Source: Eledone cirrhosa (lineage: Eukaryota). Taken from it: 64,000 nt of DNA. This document shows, piece after piece, positions 25,403-38,899 of the stretch (positions are counted from its first letter, which is position 1; every line of letters begins with the position of its first letter). Both the position numbers and the translations under genes were made by a program. The notes below the pieces were generated by a model. The model saw only the letters and a program-made list of their open reading frames with translations, was not told the DNA's origin and searched no databases. The stretch spans positions 395,436,001 to 395,500,000 of the forward strand of contig OZ024741.1 in the NCBI GenBank assembly GCA_964016885.1. Direction: 5' to 3'.

Positions 25403-26690
25403 ACTATATATTTTCAACAGTAATACTGTACTATATATTTTCAACAGTAATACTATACTATATATTTTCAACAGTAATACTATACCATATATTTTCAATA
25501 GTAATACTATATTATACTATATATTTTCAACAGAAATACTGTACTATATATTTTCAACAGTAATACTATACTATATATTTTCAACAGTAATACTGTACTA
25601 TATATTTTCAACATTAATACTATACTATATATTTTCAACAGTAATACTATACTATATATTTTCAACAGTAATACTATACCATATATTTTCAACAGTAATA
25701 CTATATTATACTATATATTTTCAACAGAAATACTGTACTATATATTTTCAACAGTAATACTATACTATATATTTTCAACAGTAATACTGTACTATATATT
25801 TTCAACATTAATACTATACTATATATTTTCAACAGTAATACTATACTATATATTTTCAACAGTAATACTATACCATATATTTTCAACAGTAATACTATAT
25901 TATACTATATATTTTCAACAGAAATACTGTACTATATATTTTCAACAGTAATACTATACTATATATTTTCAACAGTAATACTGTACTATATATTTTCAAC
26001 ATTAATACTATACTATATATTTTCAACAGTAATACTATACTATATATTTTCAACAGTAATACTATACTATATATTTTCAACAGAAATACTGTACTATATA
26101 TTTACAACAGTAATACTGTACTATATATTTTCAACAGTAATACTATACTATATATTTTCAACAGTAATACTGTACTATACTATATATTTTCAACAGTAAT
26201 ACTATACTATATATTTTCAACAGAAATACTGTACTATATATTTACAACAGTAATACTGTACTATATATTTTCAACAGTAATACTATTCTATATATTTTCA
26301 ACAGTAATACTGTACTATATATTTACAACAGTAATACTATACTATATATTTTCAACAGTAATACTGTACTATATATTTTCAACAGTAATACTATACTATA
26401 TATTTTCAACAGTAATACTGTACTATATATTTTCAACAGTAATACTATACTATATATTTTCAACAATAATACTATACTATATATTTTCAACAGTAATACT
26501 GTACTATATATTTACAACAGAAATACTATACTATATATTTTCAACAATAATACTATACTATATATTTTCAACAGTAATACTGTACTATATATTTACAACA
26601 GAAATACTATACTATATATTTTCAACAATAATACTATACTATATATTTTCAACAGTAATACTATATGTATTCAACAGTCATACTATACTA
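25403..26690. repeat. 27-bp minisatellite (TATATATTTTCAACAGTAATACTRTAC)n with a 194-bp higher-order repeat
   Basis: About 47 units. Near-identical ORFs at 25507, 25701 and 25895 are spaced 194 bp (7x27+5). A Helitron-like end GCGAAGCTAGGTACGTCAGCTA follows at about 26720-26741. Confidence 0.95.
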
Positions 26691-26890
26691 CACAGATGGC
26701 TTATCGTCTGTTTATCCAAGCGAAGCTAGGTACGTCAGCTATATATATATATGGATGCCGTAGAACACGCCAATGGTAGCCGGGCACCAGTCAACTTAGA
26801 AAATACTAAGAAAGAAAAAAAATTCAACCTTCATTCGCAACCTTTCTAGAGCTTGTTTTTTTAACAAAGCAATGGAAATTAATTAATAAT

Positions 26891-27290
26891 GGTTTCTACT
26901 TTTGGCACAAGGCCAGCAATTATCCCAGTGTATTACTGGTACTTTAGTTTATTGACCCCATAAGGATGAAAGGCAAAGCTAAGCTCGGCGGGATCTGATT
27001 TAGGTGGAAGGCCAACAATTTTGGGGGAGGGGAAAATCAACTAAATTGACCTCAGTGTATTAGTGGTACTTTATTTTATCGACCCCGTAAGAATGAACAG
27101 CAAAGCTAACCTCGGCGGGTTTGAACTCAGTCCGTAAGGGACGTAACTACGCTGGAAAGCATGGCGTCCGACTCTCTACCGATACTGCCAATCCACCGCC
27201 CTTATATCAATAATAATAATGATTTCTAATTTAGGCACAAGGCCAACAATTTGTAGGGAGGAGAAAGCCCATTACATTGACACCAGTACA
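26891..27290 (-). mobile_element. Cluster of Meta-domain-like tRNA SINE copies and fragments
   Basis: Repeated TTTCTACTTTTGGCACAAGGCC, GGTACTTTATTTTATCGACCCC and CTCGGCGGG(A)TTTGAACTC blocks. Confidence 0.75.
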
Positions 27291-27602
27291 AAGCACTTTG
27301 TCCAAGGCTCTAATTATAGTTGAATGACCTAGATCTGAAAAAAAGTTAGGAAGAAAGTAAAGTTTAAACTAATTGCTGTAGGAACCTTAAGTAATATGGA
27401 AACAACATTGTAGTCAATAATGATAATAATTGTATCATCTATTTCCTGAAACAATATACCACATTGTATCAGTGTGTCTGACATTGACTCTAAACAAAAT
27501 ATATTGGAAATATTGGGTCATCAAGTATGAAATTTGTAGAAATTTGGGTTTTTTTTCTACAAATTTCTACAAACTTCATACGTGACAACACAATATAATA
27601 AT

Positions 27603-27788
27603 TGTTTCTACTTTAGGCACAAGGCCAGCAATTACCCAGTGCATTACTGGTACTTTATTTTATCGACCCCCGTAAGGATGAAAGGCCAAGTCAACCTCGG
27701 CGGGATTTGAACTCAGATCGTAAAGGGACGTAACTATGCTGGAAAGCATGGCGTCCGACCCTCTACCGATACTGCCAATCCACCGCCC
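27603..27788 (-). mobile_element. Full-length tRNA-derived SINE (Meta-domain-like) with TSD
   Basis: A-box TGGCAGTATCGG, B-box GAGTTCAAATCC, GCCTTTCATCCT...GGTCGATAAAATAAAGTACCAG body; flanking direct repeat AACACAATATAATAAT (27587-27602 and 27789-27804). Confidence 0.88.
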
Positions 27789-29024
27789 AACACAATATAA
27801 TAATGTAACATAGATATGCTATAAATGTCTAGCTAACATGCTTCAGCTCAGAAAAATCTCTGTAGAACTCATATAAAATTACATTTGTCTTAGAAAATGG
27901 CAATATTATAGAACATACAGACAGACTACCAGATAGCATATAATAAACCTATCATCATTTTTCACAACAAAAAAAAAAACGATAAAAGTCTTTTCAGGCC
28001 ATTTTCCTTGCTAAAGCAAGGGTTAGCCTTGTGGGCCACATGACAAGCTTTTCCATTTTGTCCTATTGTCTGCACTCCTCACCAATCCCCTGACTTTCAT
28101 TTCCTCTGTCATCTTTAATGGTCTTCCCCTTCCTTCCACATTCATTCCCATTACTCTTCAGGAGGAAATAAGTTGCAGTGCATAAATACAACCTACTGAT
28201 CATATGATGCACTCCAGTATCCATTAATTTGTGAATTTGGCCAAGATGGATATCACTTTGGTATCAAACAAACAGATCTTAAAACAAGAGCTCCTGCACT
28301 GACAAAAACAGTAAGCTGCGTGGAATTCTAAGCTTACCTTTTCATGTTAAGAGAGCAAGATTTTAATTTTCTTCATCACTTCCTGAGCTCTTCCAGCAAT
28401 TTGCAGTTGATATGTATGCAAAAATTGAGGGAGAAAGGCTTCTTTATATTAGAACACATCAGAAAGATCTCTGTACATTCAACTGAAAGATGCAATCAGT
28501 AATGAAGGAGCATTGGCTGCTGATAACATCAGACAGCTTTGCAATGTCTATCAATAAAGCTAAAGGTCAGACTTTGAAATCTACTGGCTTGCACATAAGT
28601 TAACCTTGCTTTTCTCATGGTCAACTTTACGTTGGTTGTTCCAGGGTGGGTAGTTTACAAGACTTATTTGTCTATACTCCGAAGCCAAAAACAAAGAATG
28701 TTGTTTAACCAGAAGCACTTACGTAATTTCCTTCAACATATGTGATAGAATTTATCTCCCCTCATAAAAGTGATAGATTTTGTATTTTCATTATTCATTT
28801 TTGTATTATGAATTCAGAATTGATTTCATCATTGATTTCAAATTGAGGAATAAATGAAATTTAGAATAACAAATTTCTATACACCATATTTTGCTTTCTT
28901 CTAATATATAAGGAACACTTTCATTCCCAGGCAAGGCCGGGTGACTCTGTTAGAGGGCCTGCAGTTGGCCCTTTATTTATTTGTCTGTACGCCTGTCTGT
29001 CATACAGAGCACAAAGAGCTTTGT

Positions 29025-29290
29025 TGTGGTAACCTGTCTTGCTAAAAATGACAGCGAAATAAAACCTTAGCTTCTACCACACACATCCAGATTGAGTTGT
29101 ATTTATTTATGTATTACACTTTCTGTTTCTATGTATTCCTATCTATCTATCTATCGCCATTGTGGTAACTAGTTTTGCTAGAAATGACAGCGAAATAAAA
29201 CACTAGCTTTTACAACACACACAGACACATTGATTTGTACCTATCTTTGTATTACTCTTTCTGTCTCCTATCTATCTATCTATTGCCATG
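29025..29290. repeat. Diverged tandem duplication of about 135 bp
   Basis: TGTGGTAAC...AAATGACAGCGAAATAAAAC...CTATCTATC occurs twice. Confidence 0.6.
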
Positions 29291-29590
29291 TACAGAAAGC
29301 ATTCTCCAAAGGAGAATCATCTGGATTTGTGTAGTATATAAATAAAAGATGATTATGAAGAATTAAGAAAAAGAAGACAAAAAAGAGTGATGTTATTTTG
29401 ACAACTGGAACACTACCATTTGTCAAAATAACATCTGGAACACTACCATTTAACACCTCATGAAAATAAGTTAAGCTCCAATGTAATGAACTTTTCGGCT
29501 TAAGACACACTTTAACACTTAACATCCTGTACCACATGAAACTGCATTAGCAACACACTGAAAAGTACAAAACAGCACTAAGATGGCAAC

Positions 29591-29915
29591 ATCATCATCA
29601 TCATTATCATTATCGTTTAACGTCCATCTTCCACACTAGCATGGGTTAGACGGTTTTGTTCTATTTGATGCGGGACTGGTCGGGAGGCCGTGTCTCGCTC
29701 GTACAGAAGTGTCTCTGGCAGGTTTTCTACAACTGGTTGCCCTTCCTAACACCAACCACCTTTACAGTGTGGACTGAGAGCTTTTTTACTGTGTCTCCCA
29801 CACGACCACTTTACAGTGTGGACTGGGTGCTTTTTGTTGTGTCACCGTGGACGGAAATGGGAGGATGGGGTAGGGTGTGTGGGGTGGGGTGTATATTGGG
29901 TTAAGAGGTGCCTAC
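29591..29915 (-). mobile_element. Older RTE A/B-type 3'-UTR fragment
   Basis: (CAT)n tail and CCCTTCCTAACACCAACCAC motif, diverged from A and B. Confidence 0.7.
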
Positions 29916-31319
29916 TGACTGTAGGTTTCTATGCAACACATTAAAAAATTAGTCTTTACTCTAAAAATACAAATGTTCACAATGGTCTGTCTACAATTAA
30001 GGTTGCTATAAATATTTGAATTAACAGTCATTCTTTTTAGAAATTTTTGGCTAAATAATGTATGTAAAAAGTTAATGTTCATGTTCAAATCATATTTATC
30101 CATACTTCAACATTTTCTAGCATCAGATTATCAGTGTTAAGTTTCTTTGAAAGGATGCTAGAGCTGGTGCAGTAAGACTGGGAAGGGGAACCAGATGGCA
30201 TCAGAGTCTTCTTTTTCTGCGATAGTAAGCCCCACATCTGGGATATGATATGGAGCAACATTTATTCAAGTGGCAACCTGGTGTATTTGGTGATGGATCC
30301 AGGTTTTATTGCCTAATAAGGTGAATATTTGAAAGCTGTTGAAGTACTGGCCGCTTTCAGATAGATTTGTCACTGAATCTATAGTGGTGGAAACTCCTGG
30401 CTTTCCTGGTCCCTGAATACCCCTACTTCTACTCACTGCTATTGAGGAAATGGTCACCTGCACAAGTGAGCCCTACATATTGGAATGGCCAGAGAGTGTG
30501 TTCCTGGCATATATCATTGAGATAGTGATTGTATAAATTGCTGCTATTTATGCTTATGCACTCACATACAATAGGTAAACACCTAGGCAAGCAAGTAGAA
30601 TAAAAAGAACCCGTTTGTGTACTTATATGAACTTATTACTGTGTAGCCTAACCTAGACAAAATGCTCTCATAGATTCTCATACCCTCATGCTTTGTTTAT
30701 AATAATAAATTCAAGGTAAAACTGATTGTATTTTGCTATCAAAGTTGCTTACTATAGCATCTCATCTATTCATCTCAACACTTGTGGCTCTCTACCATGC
30801 TCAAAAACTACTGAATATACTTGTATATAAGTCTAGAAATATGTGACTAAAAAACAAAAAAATCGATGGTAAAATGGGGGGAAGGGTTAGCTTATATTTG
30901 AGGTCAATATTTTGCTGATTTTCCCCAACTTCGAAATTCTACATAAATGAGGTACTAAAATATTTTCTTTATTACACCAGTTTCATTTTGGACATGAAAT
31001 TCATATTTCTTATTGTTTTTTATGTTTTAAGTGAATATGGCCTTCAAAATTATTAGTAATTGGTAAAAATTGATACGTAATGGAGTTGTGAAACAAAACC
31101 TATACTTTAAACGACACTTAAAACATTTTAAATATCAAAATATTAAAACTTCATTAATATACTCTTCCATTCACAAGAATTTCAAAACCACACTATCTAA
31201 ACATAATGTGTTGATTACCTGCCTCAGTTAAATCAACTTGCTTTTCTACTGACTTCAATTCAAATAAGAATAGATGTCTCTTCAATCAATTAACATAATT
31301 GATAGCTTTACAATCAACC

Positions 31320-34300
31320 AACATGGCTTGGCTTCATGAATGAAGATTATAAAAGGTGTGGTCCACGTTGACTGCAGGGACACTCGTGGCTGTTCAGGTC
31401 AATGCAGGACAGGCAGACATGACTACAGCAGCTGCAGCTGAAGGTTTGGTTAGGGTTTGATGACTTGGTCTTGTGATTTTACCTCCTGTGCCTTTTGTCC
31501 TTGAGGGTGGTTCTGCGGGTGCTTTTGAAGGAGGAGACAGCATGGTTGATGCTGAGATGCCAGGCATCACGGTTCTCAGCTAGGATGAACTACCAGCAAT
31601 GGTTGATGTGACAGGTACCAAGGGATTTTTTCAAACAGTTCTTGTATCACTTCCTTGGTGCCCCCCAGTCACAATGGCCCATGGAAAGTTTGCCGTACAG
31701 TGTGATCTTGGGCAGGCGATGATCCTTCATCCTAGAAATGTGCCCTGCCCAGTGTAGTTGGGAATTCATTAGTATGGCCTTGATGCTGTTGACCTCTGCC
31801 TGTTCAAGGACTTCAATGGTGGCAAAGTCTCTCCAATAGATGTTGAGGATGGTGCGGAGGCAGCTCTGGTGGAAGTGCTCGAGGAGTCAAGGTGGTGGCA
31901 GTAAGTGACCGATGACTGAGCCATATAAGAGGGTGATAAGGACTATGGCTCTGTACACTCTGATCTTAGTACCCTCCTTCTGGTGTTTATTGTTCCACGC
32001 ACATTTGAACAGTCAGCCAAAGGCACTGCTCACTTTTGCCAGTCTGTTGCTGATTTCCCTGTCGATTATGGCATCTGATATGATGGTGCACCCCAGGTAG
32101 GTAAACTGATGGACTGTTTTCAGTTCAGGTTTGGTAATGGTGATATGGGGAGAGATGCAGACTAGTGGAGTACCTCCATTTTCTTTAAGCTGATTTCCAG
32201 CCCAAAGAGCTGGGCAGCTTCTGTGAAGCAGGAAGTGAGGTGCTGTAAGGCTCTTTCTGTGTGGGCAACAAGAACAGCATTATCGGCAAAGAGGAGGTCT
32301 CGGATCAGTTGCTCCAGGGTCTTCATGTATGACTGTAGTCAACAAAGATTAAACAGGCTGTCATCTAATGTAGACTCTATCCTCGTCATCAAGATCTTCT
32401 GTGACCTGCTTGAGCATCATGCTGAAGAAGATGGTGAACAGAATTGGTGTCAGGACATAACCTTGCTTCACTTTGTTGATGATTGGGGAGGGCTCTGAGA
32501 GGTCATTGTTGAGTCTGACTTGGTCACGCTGGGCTTCGTGTAGCTGAATGACCATGTCCAGGAACTTTGGGGGACAGCCAAGTCATTCCATGATTGCCAC
32601 ATTCCTTTTCTGCTCACTGAATCAAATGCTTTAGTCAAGTCAACGAATGCAATGTACAACCCTTTATTTTTCTCTCGGCACTTCCCTTGGAGCTGCCTGA
32701 AAAACAAACACCATGTCTGTGGTGCTCCTGCTGACTGAAGACACACTGGCTCTCTGGAAGGTGTTCTTCTCTGATTGTAGGTACCAGTCTGTTTAGCAAC
32801 ATCCTTGTGAGGATTTTTCCTGCAACAGTGAGCAGAGTAAATCCCCAGTAATTTGAGTAGTCTGACTTTTCCCTTTTGTTCTTGTACAGGGCAATGATGA
32901 CTGCATTGTGGAGATCTTGTGACAGATTGCCCTGCTCCAGCAACATAAGAAGAGCTTGTGGAGTTCCATGTGTAGTGCTGGGCCCCCATGCTTTCAATCT
33001 TAGATGTAATTCCATCAATTCCTGATGCTTTGCTACTCCTTAGATGCTCTATGTCTTTGGTGGTCACTTCATTGATGGGCAACTCATCCAGCTTCCCTTT
33101 TACTGGTTGTTGGGGAATGCAGGGAATTGCTGATTTCTGGACAGTACGGTTAGTGCTGAAGAAGGCCTGGAAATGTTCTGTCCAACTTAAGATGGATACC
33201 CTGTCTGTGGGGAAGGCCTGGCTGTCTGCACTCCACAAAGGACTCTGGATCTGATATTTAGGGCCATATACCATCTTTAAGTATTCATAGAAGCCCCTAA
33301 AGTCTCCAGTGTCAGAGCATAAATGAGTTCTATCATCGCGGTTGGTCCACCACTTGTTCTGGATCTCTTGAATCTTACACTGGAGGTTACTGGTTATGAG
33401 GCAGAATGCAGCTTTCTTCACAGGACAAGATGGCTGAGCGAAGTGAGCCTGGTAAATGGATCTCTTTTTCACCAGCTTGAATTTCCTTGTTGCTTTCATC
33501 AAACCAGTCTTTGTTCTTCTTTAAGGAACCCCAGATGTCTGAAAAATGACATTTTTCAGATGTTCCCAATGTGTTTCTGGAGAGGGATCTGTGGGAATGA
33601 TCGCATCTTCAAGTCAAAACTGAAGGGCTGCCCAGAAGTCAGCTTTTACTTCAGCTGACAGGAGACTGCTAACCTTGAACTTTTTCCTGGGAGTCCCTCC
33701 TTTTTTTTTTATTTGGGTTTTGAAATTAGAGCATCACTCTAGATGTCTTTCAGGTCACACCAGCACACCAGTAGATAATCAATGAAGTTCCAGTGTTTGG
33801 AACAAGGATGCATCCAGGTTGTTTCCAACTGTCCCTCTGATGGAAGATGGTGTTCATGATGATGAGTTGATGTTCTGCACAAAACTCCAACAGCAAGAAC
33901 CCATTGTCATTGCAGTTACCAATGCCATGTCTCCCAAGAACTCCCTCCCAAGTTACAGAATCTTGGCCCACTCTGGCATTGGAATCACTAAGAATTATTA
34001 TCTTGTCATCAACAGGGGTGCCCTGTAAAAGACTGTGCAGATCAGAGTAAAACTTGTTCTTTTCCGCGGGATCTGCTTGAAGAGTAGGTGAGTACACACT
34101 GAAGAGTGTGGAATATTGTTGATTACTCAGTTGGAGCTGCGTAGAGATGATGCAGTCAGAATAACCTGTTGGAAGGTTTTCAAGCTTGGAAGTGATAGAG
34201 TTCTTAACCATGAAGCCCACCCCCGAAAGGCATCTCCCTGCTGCTGACCAGTAAAGAGTGTATCCGGTGCCATGCTCTTGAAAGCAGACATCACTAAGAG

Positions 34301-34930
34301 CAGCGATGTCAGCATTCAGTCTTGACAGCTCATGTGCAATTAGACATACTGGACAACTGCTTTTGACGGTGTCTAGCATGGTTCTGATGTTCCAGCATGT
34401 GATTTTCAGTCTTTTCACATCCTTAGAAGTGGTGGAGTACCTTTTCTTCCTTGATGTTTTTCCACTGCATAAGAAGATGCCCATTGACCATAATTTACCA
34501 ACTAGGAGACAAGCTTTGTTTAGGCCACCTTTTCTAGATCCCTCTCCATGTGGAGCAAGCAGTGCTGTCCCTAGAGAAGGCTGCTTAATCATTCAGGGTG
34601 TGCCGAACGTTGTTGTCATTCCCAAGTCACATCAGACGACAAAATCCCTGAACTGTCTGCATACAGGATTGGGATTACGGCTTCCAGTATCATCTTACAC
34701 CTGCCGATTTCACCCCTTTCCCATCGTTACAGGGCTTCAAGTAGTTCATGGTCGTGAATATGTCCTTTGAGCATGCACAGTGGAGTTTTTAGGTGAAGTG
34801 CAGTGTGTGCTGAACTGACCCCACCCTTTACACCTTGGGTTCATCTGTCCTGGCCTAGCAAGCTGGGACTGAGACAGCGAAGTTCTTGGGTCATAGGTTT
34901 TATGTCAGAGTGACCTTTTCCTACCTTTGG
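31320..34930 (-). mobile_element. Decayed near full-length RTE/BovB-like LINE (family E)
   Basis: ITCWNIRTM, SVYSPT, GNCNDNG (APE); FVDLTKAFDSV, VKQGYVLTPILF (RT); many frameshifts; 3' end AATCTTC...GAAGCCAAGCCA. Confidence 0.9.
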
Positions 34931-35274
34931 CTCAAAAACCTTCCTTGGGGGCACTGAGGCAGTTATCTAGGCTGGGGTGTGGCTGCTGGATACAAACAAA
35001 TATGTTGCTAGATTCAGTGTCTTGGAACAAGCCTTGCCACTAATACTATTCAATCTATAGGTAGGACCCTAAACAAGTACTACCGCCACAGGCCAGAGTA
35101 GACCTGGGAGTAATGGTGACTAAGGGGTAATGCCATACTCCCCAGAACTCTTGAACTGGAGCCTCACCACAGGATGCAGATTAGTGTCTCATGCACGATA
35201 TATCAAAATCAAAATACTGCAACCATAGATTTTGGTCTTATTGTAACAATAACAACAAAAGAAAAAAGAATTAC

Positions 35275-35432
35275 TTGTGTCAACTGTTGTACCGATTCTT
35301 CTGGATTTTTGTAGCGTCGATCAGTGATATATATGCCGTAGGATTTGGGATCCACAATATGTTCTTGCATGAAGCAACCAAATCCAGAAAGATTTGTTGT
35401 AACACTAGGGATGCCCATGACAGTACATTCAG
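35275..35432 (-). CDS. GYS: Glycogen synthase internal exon
   Basis: tttcag|(A)[52 protein letters not shown]|gtaatt; 158 bp; phase 1 start matches the upstream exon. Confidence 0.97.
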
Positions 35433-35690
35433 CTGAAATAAAATATTTAATATTTTAAGAAACTTAACAAAAATAGCATTTAAAAGAAAGACTAATGTAT
35501 ATCTCTAAATTTCAGTTCAAAACTCAATAAAATCACTAAAATTTGTGAAGCTTAATGGTAAGTTTATATTGGAAAAATATACAAGTAAAGAAAATGGAAA
35601 GATACTTGAACTATGAACTACACTCTAGCTGATAGAAAGATGGAGAGTGCCTTGCTAAATTGTGGGGTGATGTAATGACCTGGCAGGAAT

Positions 35691-36243
35691 TTTTTATGCT
35701 TGTTAAATTATGCCCAAAATACGGGGATCTTATTTAAACCTTAACCTTCTCGCTAACCTTAATTCTGTTGTATTTTTCAAAACAAATCTTCTTATATATT
35801 TTATATATATTTTGTTATGCTTGTTAAATTATGCCCCAAATACGAGGACTTTATTTAAACTCTTAACCTCTGCTCCCTCCTATCTTCACCCCCCCCCCCC
35901 TCTATATCATGCTGGTTCGCCTCCAATCCCTTCCGCTCTCTCCAAATATAAAATAAATCCTTTGCAAGTACGAAACTCAGAAATCGCCAACCCTATTTCA
36001 GGCTAGGCTGCACGCACAGTGAAATGTAACGTACTAATTGCTATTTCTTCACTCTTCTCTCCATTGTAATTCCCTAGTCCATTCATCAATCTGTATCATT
36101 TCTCCCAGAATCCAATCCTTGTTGCTTTTCTATTCGATAATTCTAGCGTATTTTTCAAAAGAAATCTTGTATTTCAAAACAAATCTTGCATTTTTTATGC
36201 TTGTTAAATTATGCCCAAAATACGGGGATCTTATTTAAACCTT
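35691..36243. repeat. Dispersed ~50-bp direct repeats
   Basis: TTATGCTTGTTAAATTATGCCCAAAATACGGGGATCTTATTTAAAC at about 35695, 35815 (variant) and 36195. Confidence 0.65.
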
Positions 36244-36433
36244 GATGATGGTCATAAGTAGGTATTTTGTTAAGAAGTTCTGATTCTAGGTATTTTGGGA
36301 AATTTAATCCATGTAAAGAGCAATAAATGTGGTGAAGCCAAAGTTTTTAATAACAACATACCATTAACATGCAAGGTTGGAGACAACATCCCCTACTATA
36401 TATGCTGAAATTATCACTAAGAATAAAAATACA

Positions 36434-37025
36434 TTCATCATCATTTTTACATTTGTCTTTCTATGCTGGCATTGGTTGGAGAGTCTGTTGCAGCAGTGTC
36501 TTTACATTAGCTTTGATCCTTCAACATTTCCTTTGTGAGATCCAGCATCCTAACATCAGGCTTCCATGCTTCTTCCCAAAGTTACCTATTCTTCAAGTTT
36601 TCCACACTTGGATTGCTTGACACTTTACTTAACTTTTACTTTCCATATGTGTCACATGTTTATAACAATGCAATCTTTTCTTTTGCACACTACAGCTGAT
36701 TCTTCTCATGACCATTTTTTAAAGCCAGTTCATCTGTAATCCATTGTTCATCATACTGATATACACAAAACAGCATGCTGACAACAATTTGTTCTAGCCG
36801 ATACACATTCTTCATATTCAGTGCCCATGTTTTGTAACCATGCAATATTGCACTTCCCTCACAAGCATCATACAATCTACCTTTTATTCAGAGAGAGAAA
36901 AAAATTGTTTGCAACAGATGCAATAATTTCTTGAAATTTTCCTACTATGTGCACTGTTTAGTACTATGCAAAACACCTTCCTCCACTGTTGACTAGGTTA
37001 CTTAGTTACAGAAACTGTCAACTAT
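36434..37025 (-). mobile_element. Old decayed RTE related to families A-C (3' part)
   Basis: YDACEGSAILHGYKTWALN homology and a degenerate (GAT)n tail. Confidence 0.7.
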
Positions 37026-37383
37026 GACTCCTCTACTTTTGTCTGTCATGAGGCATTGTCCCTTTCTACTTTCTCTCTCTAAATCTAGCTTCACTAGACT
37101 TCGGATTTCACCCCTCGTTTGGTCTTCCACCCTTAATTCTTCCTACATACTCTTTCATTTTATCACTATACATAAAAAATTTGAATATAAATAAGATAAT
37201 TATATAATAAATACCTAATTGTTAGAATTAAGATATGCAATTAGTGCTTAGTAATGTATGCTTATCTCTATAATGTAAACATGGTGGGGGAAAACTATCA
37301 ATTACTTATTCAGAATGCCAGAAAACATTTTTCTTGGCTTATAAATCAGAAACAGAGAAGAAAAAGTGAAAATAAAATATTAC

Positions 37384-37510
37384 CAGGAGTGTAGCCCCAA
37401 GGTTCATAATAAGATGGAAAGACACCAAGATGGCAACCTCGGACAAAGTCTTCATAATCCAACCCAAAAAGGGGATTTGTAGAATTCAAAAATTCAGGAT
37501 GAAATATGAC
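37384..37510 (-). CDS. GYS: Glycogen synthase internal exon (catalytic E-X7-E region)
   Basis: ttttag|[42 protein letters not shown](G)|gtaata; 127 bp; missed by the ORF track. Confidence 0.97.
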
Positions 37511-37699
37511 CTAAAATGTATTTCAAATTAAATAAAAATCTGAGGTATAGTAGTGTTATGTAAAAACTCAGTTAGATAAATAGATACACATATAGACATA
37601 TACATACACACACATGCACATATATAGATGATGGACTCTCTCTCATCATATATCAACGTTTGAGGGTTCAACAGTACTCTCAGTTCAATTATTTATGGT

Positions 37700-38690
37700 T
37701 ATATCTTAAATGTCCAACTGCTGCTATGTATATCAGGCTGCATTTAGTGCAGAAAACAGGTGTTTGAGCAGAGTAGAATGGAAGGTATGATTGGATCATG
37801 GTGATAGATCTTGGATCATGAAGATGGACCAGACGAGATTTTACTACTACGAGATAAGTACTTTATGCATTCATGGCAGACAGTTCTCCATTCTCCATGG
37901 TCAGCAGCTAGGGCTTCAAAAGAAATAAGGGGTATGTTCACAGATTTAAGATTGTACTTTAGTTTGCATTTATATCTGAGTTATGGTATGCCTACATTAC
38001 ATGCACCATTATGAAGTTGACTGTATAACAGTACCTTGGGTGTGCAGTCCTCAATCATCCATAGCACAGAACCAGCTCATCTGAGTTATGATTGCATCAT
38101 AAATTACTCAATCCCACTGATGTTGCACCTTGTGAAGAGATCATTGGAGATTCTGCCAGAATGTGCATAACCACAGACAGAGAGAAGACAATGTTTGTAG
38201 AAGACATTAAGCTTATAAATGTGGGTACAATTAAATGTCCATGACTGAATTATATAAGAGTGTTGTCAGGACCACTGCATGATAAACTGCAACTTTTGTC
38301 TTCTTAACGCTAATTGTTAAACCAAATGCTTTACAGGCTAGCGACAATTGGGTCATCAGTTCAGGGGATGTTGCAACAAGTGCAGCATCATCAGCAAATA
38401 GTAAATCATGAATAACACTTGTTCATGTAAGTGTTTTAGCCTTTAAGCACTGATGGTTGAATAACCCACCTGATGTATTCAAATCTAACACTACTGTCAA
38501 ATGCATACTGGAGCAGCACGGAGAAGAATAATGCAAAGATAACAGGAGTTATGAGACAACCCTTCTTCAGAGCATTTGCCATTTGACATAATTTATATTC
38601 TCATTCCCTCATGAAAAGACATGATAGAATTCATCAAATTGTCAGGTATGCCAAGCTTTTTAAGGATTTTCCATAGAGTTTTGCGATATA
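37700..38690 (-). mobile_element. Highly decayed RTE RT fragment
   Basis: Minus-strand remnants ILKKLGIP, KGCLITPVIFALFFS, DLLFADDAALVA, FGLTISVKKT. Confidence 0.7.
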
Positions 38691-38899
38691 TGTGTTTTAA
38701 AAGATGGCATTAGTCACATGCCTTCAAAAAACTGCTAGTTTTATAGATATTCTTGGTAAAGGTGGTTATCCTCCAATATCAGAGCTTGTATGTCCTGATT
38801 TAAAACATATATTACCTCTATGTTTACATATTGAGGGCTCGTTCTTTCATAATATAAAATCACACACAGGTAACTATATATACATATATATATATAGAA

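Noticed and set aside
25403-26690. CRISPR-like regular repeats
   Set aside because: Head-to-tail units with no unique spacers, no cas genes, eukaryotic context.
30808-30910. Possible pogo/Tc2-like MITE terminus
   Set aside because: Too degenerate and no matching second terminus found.
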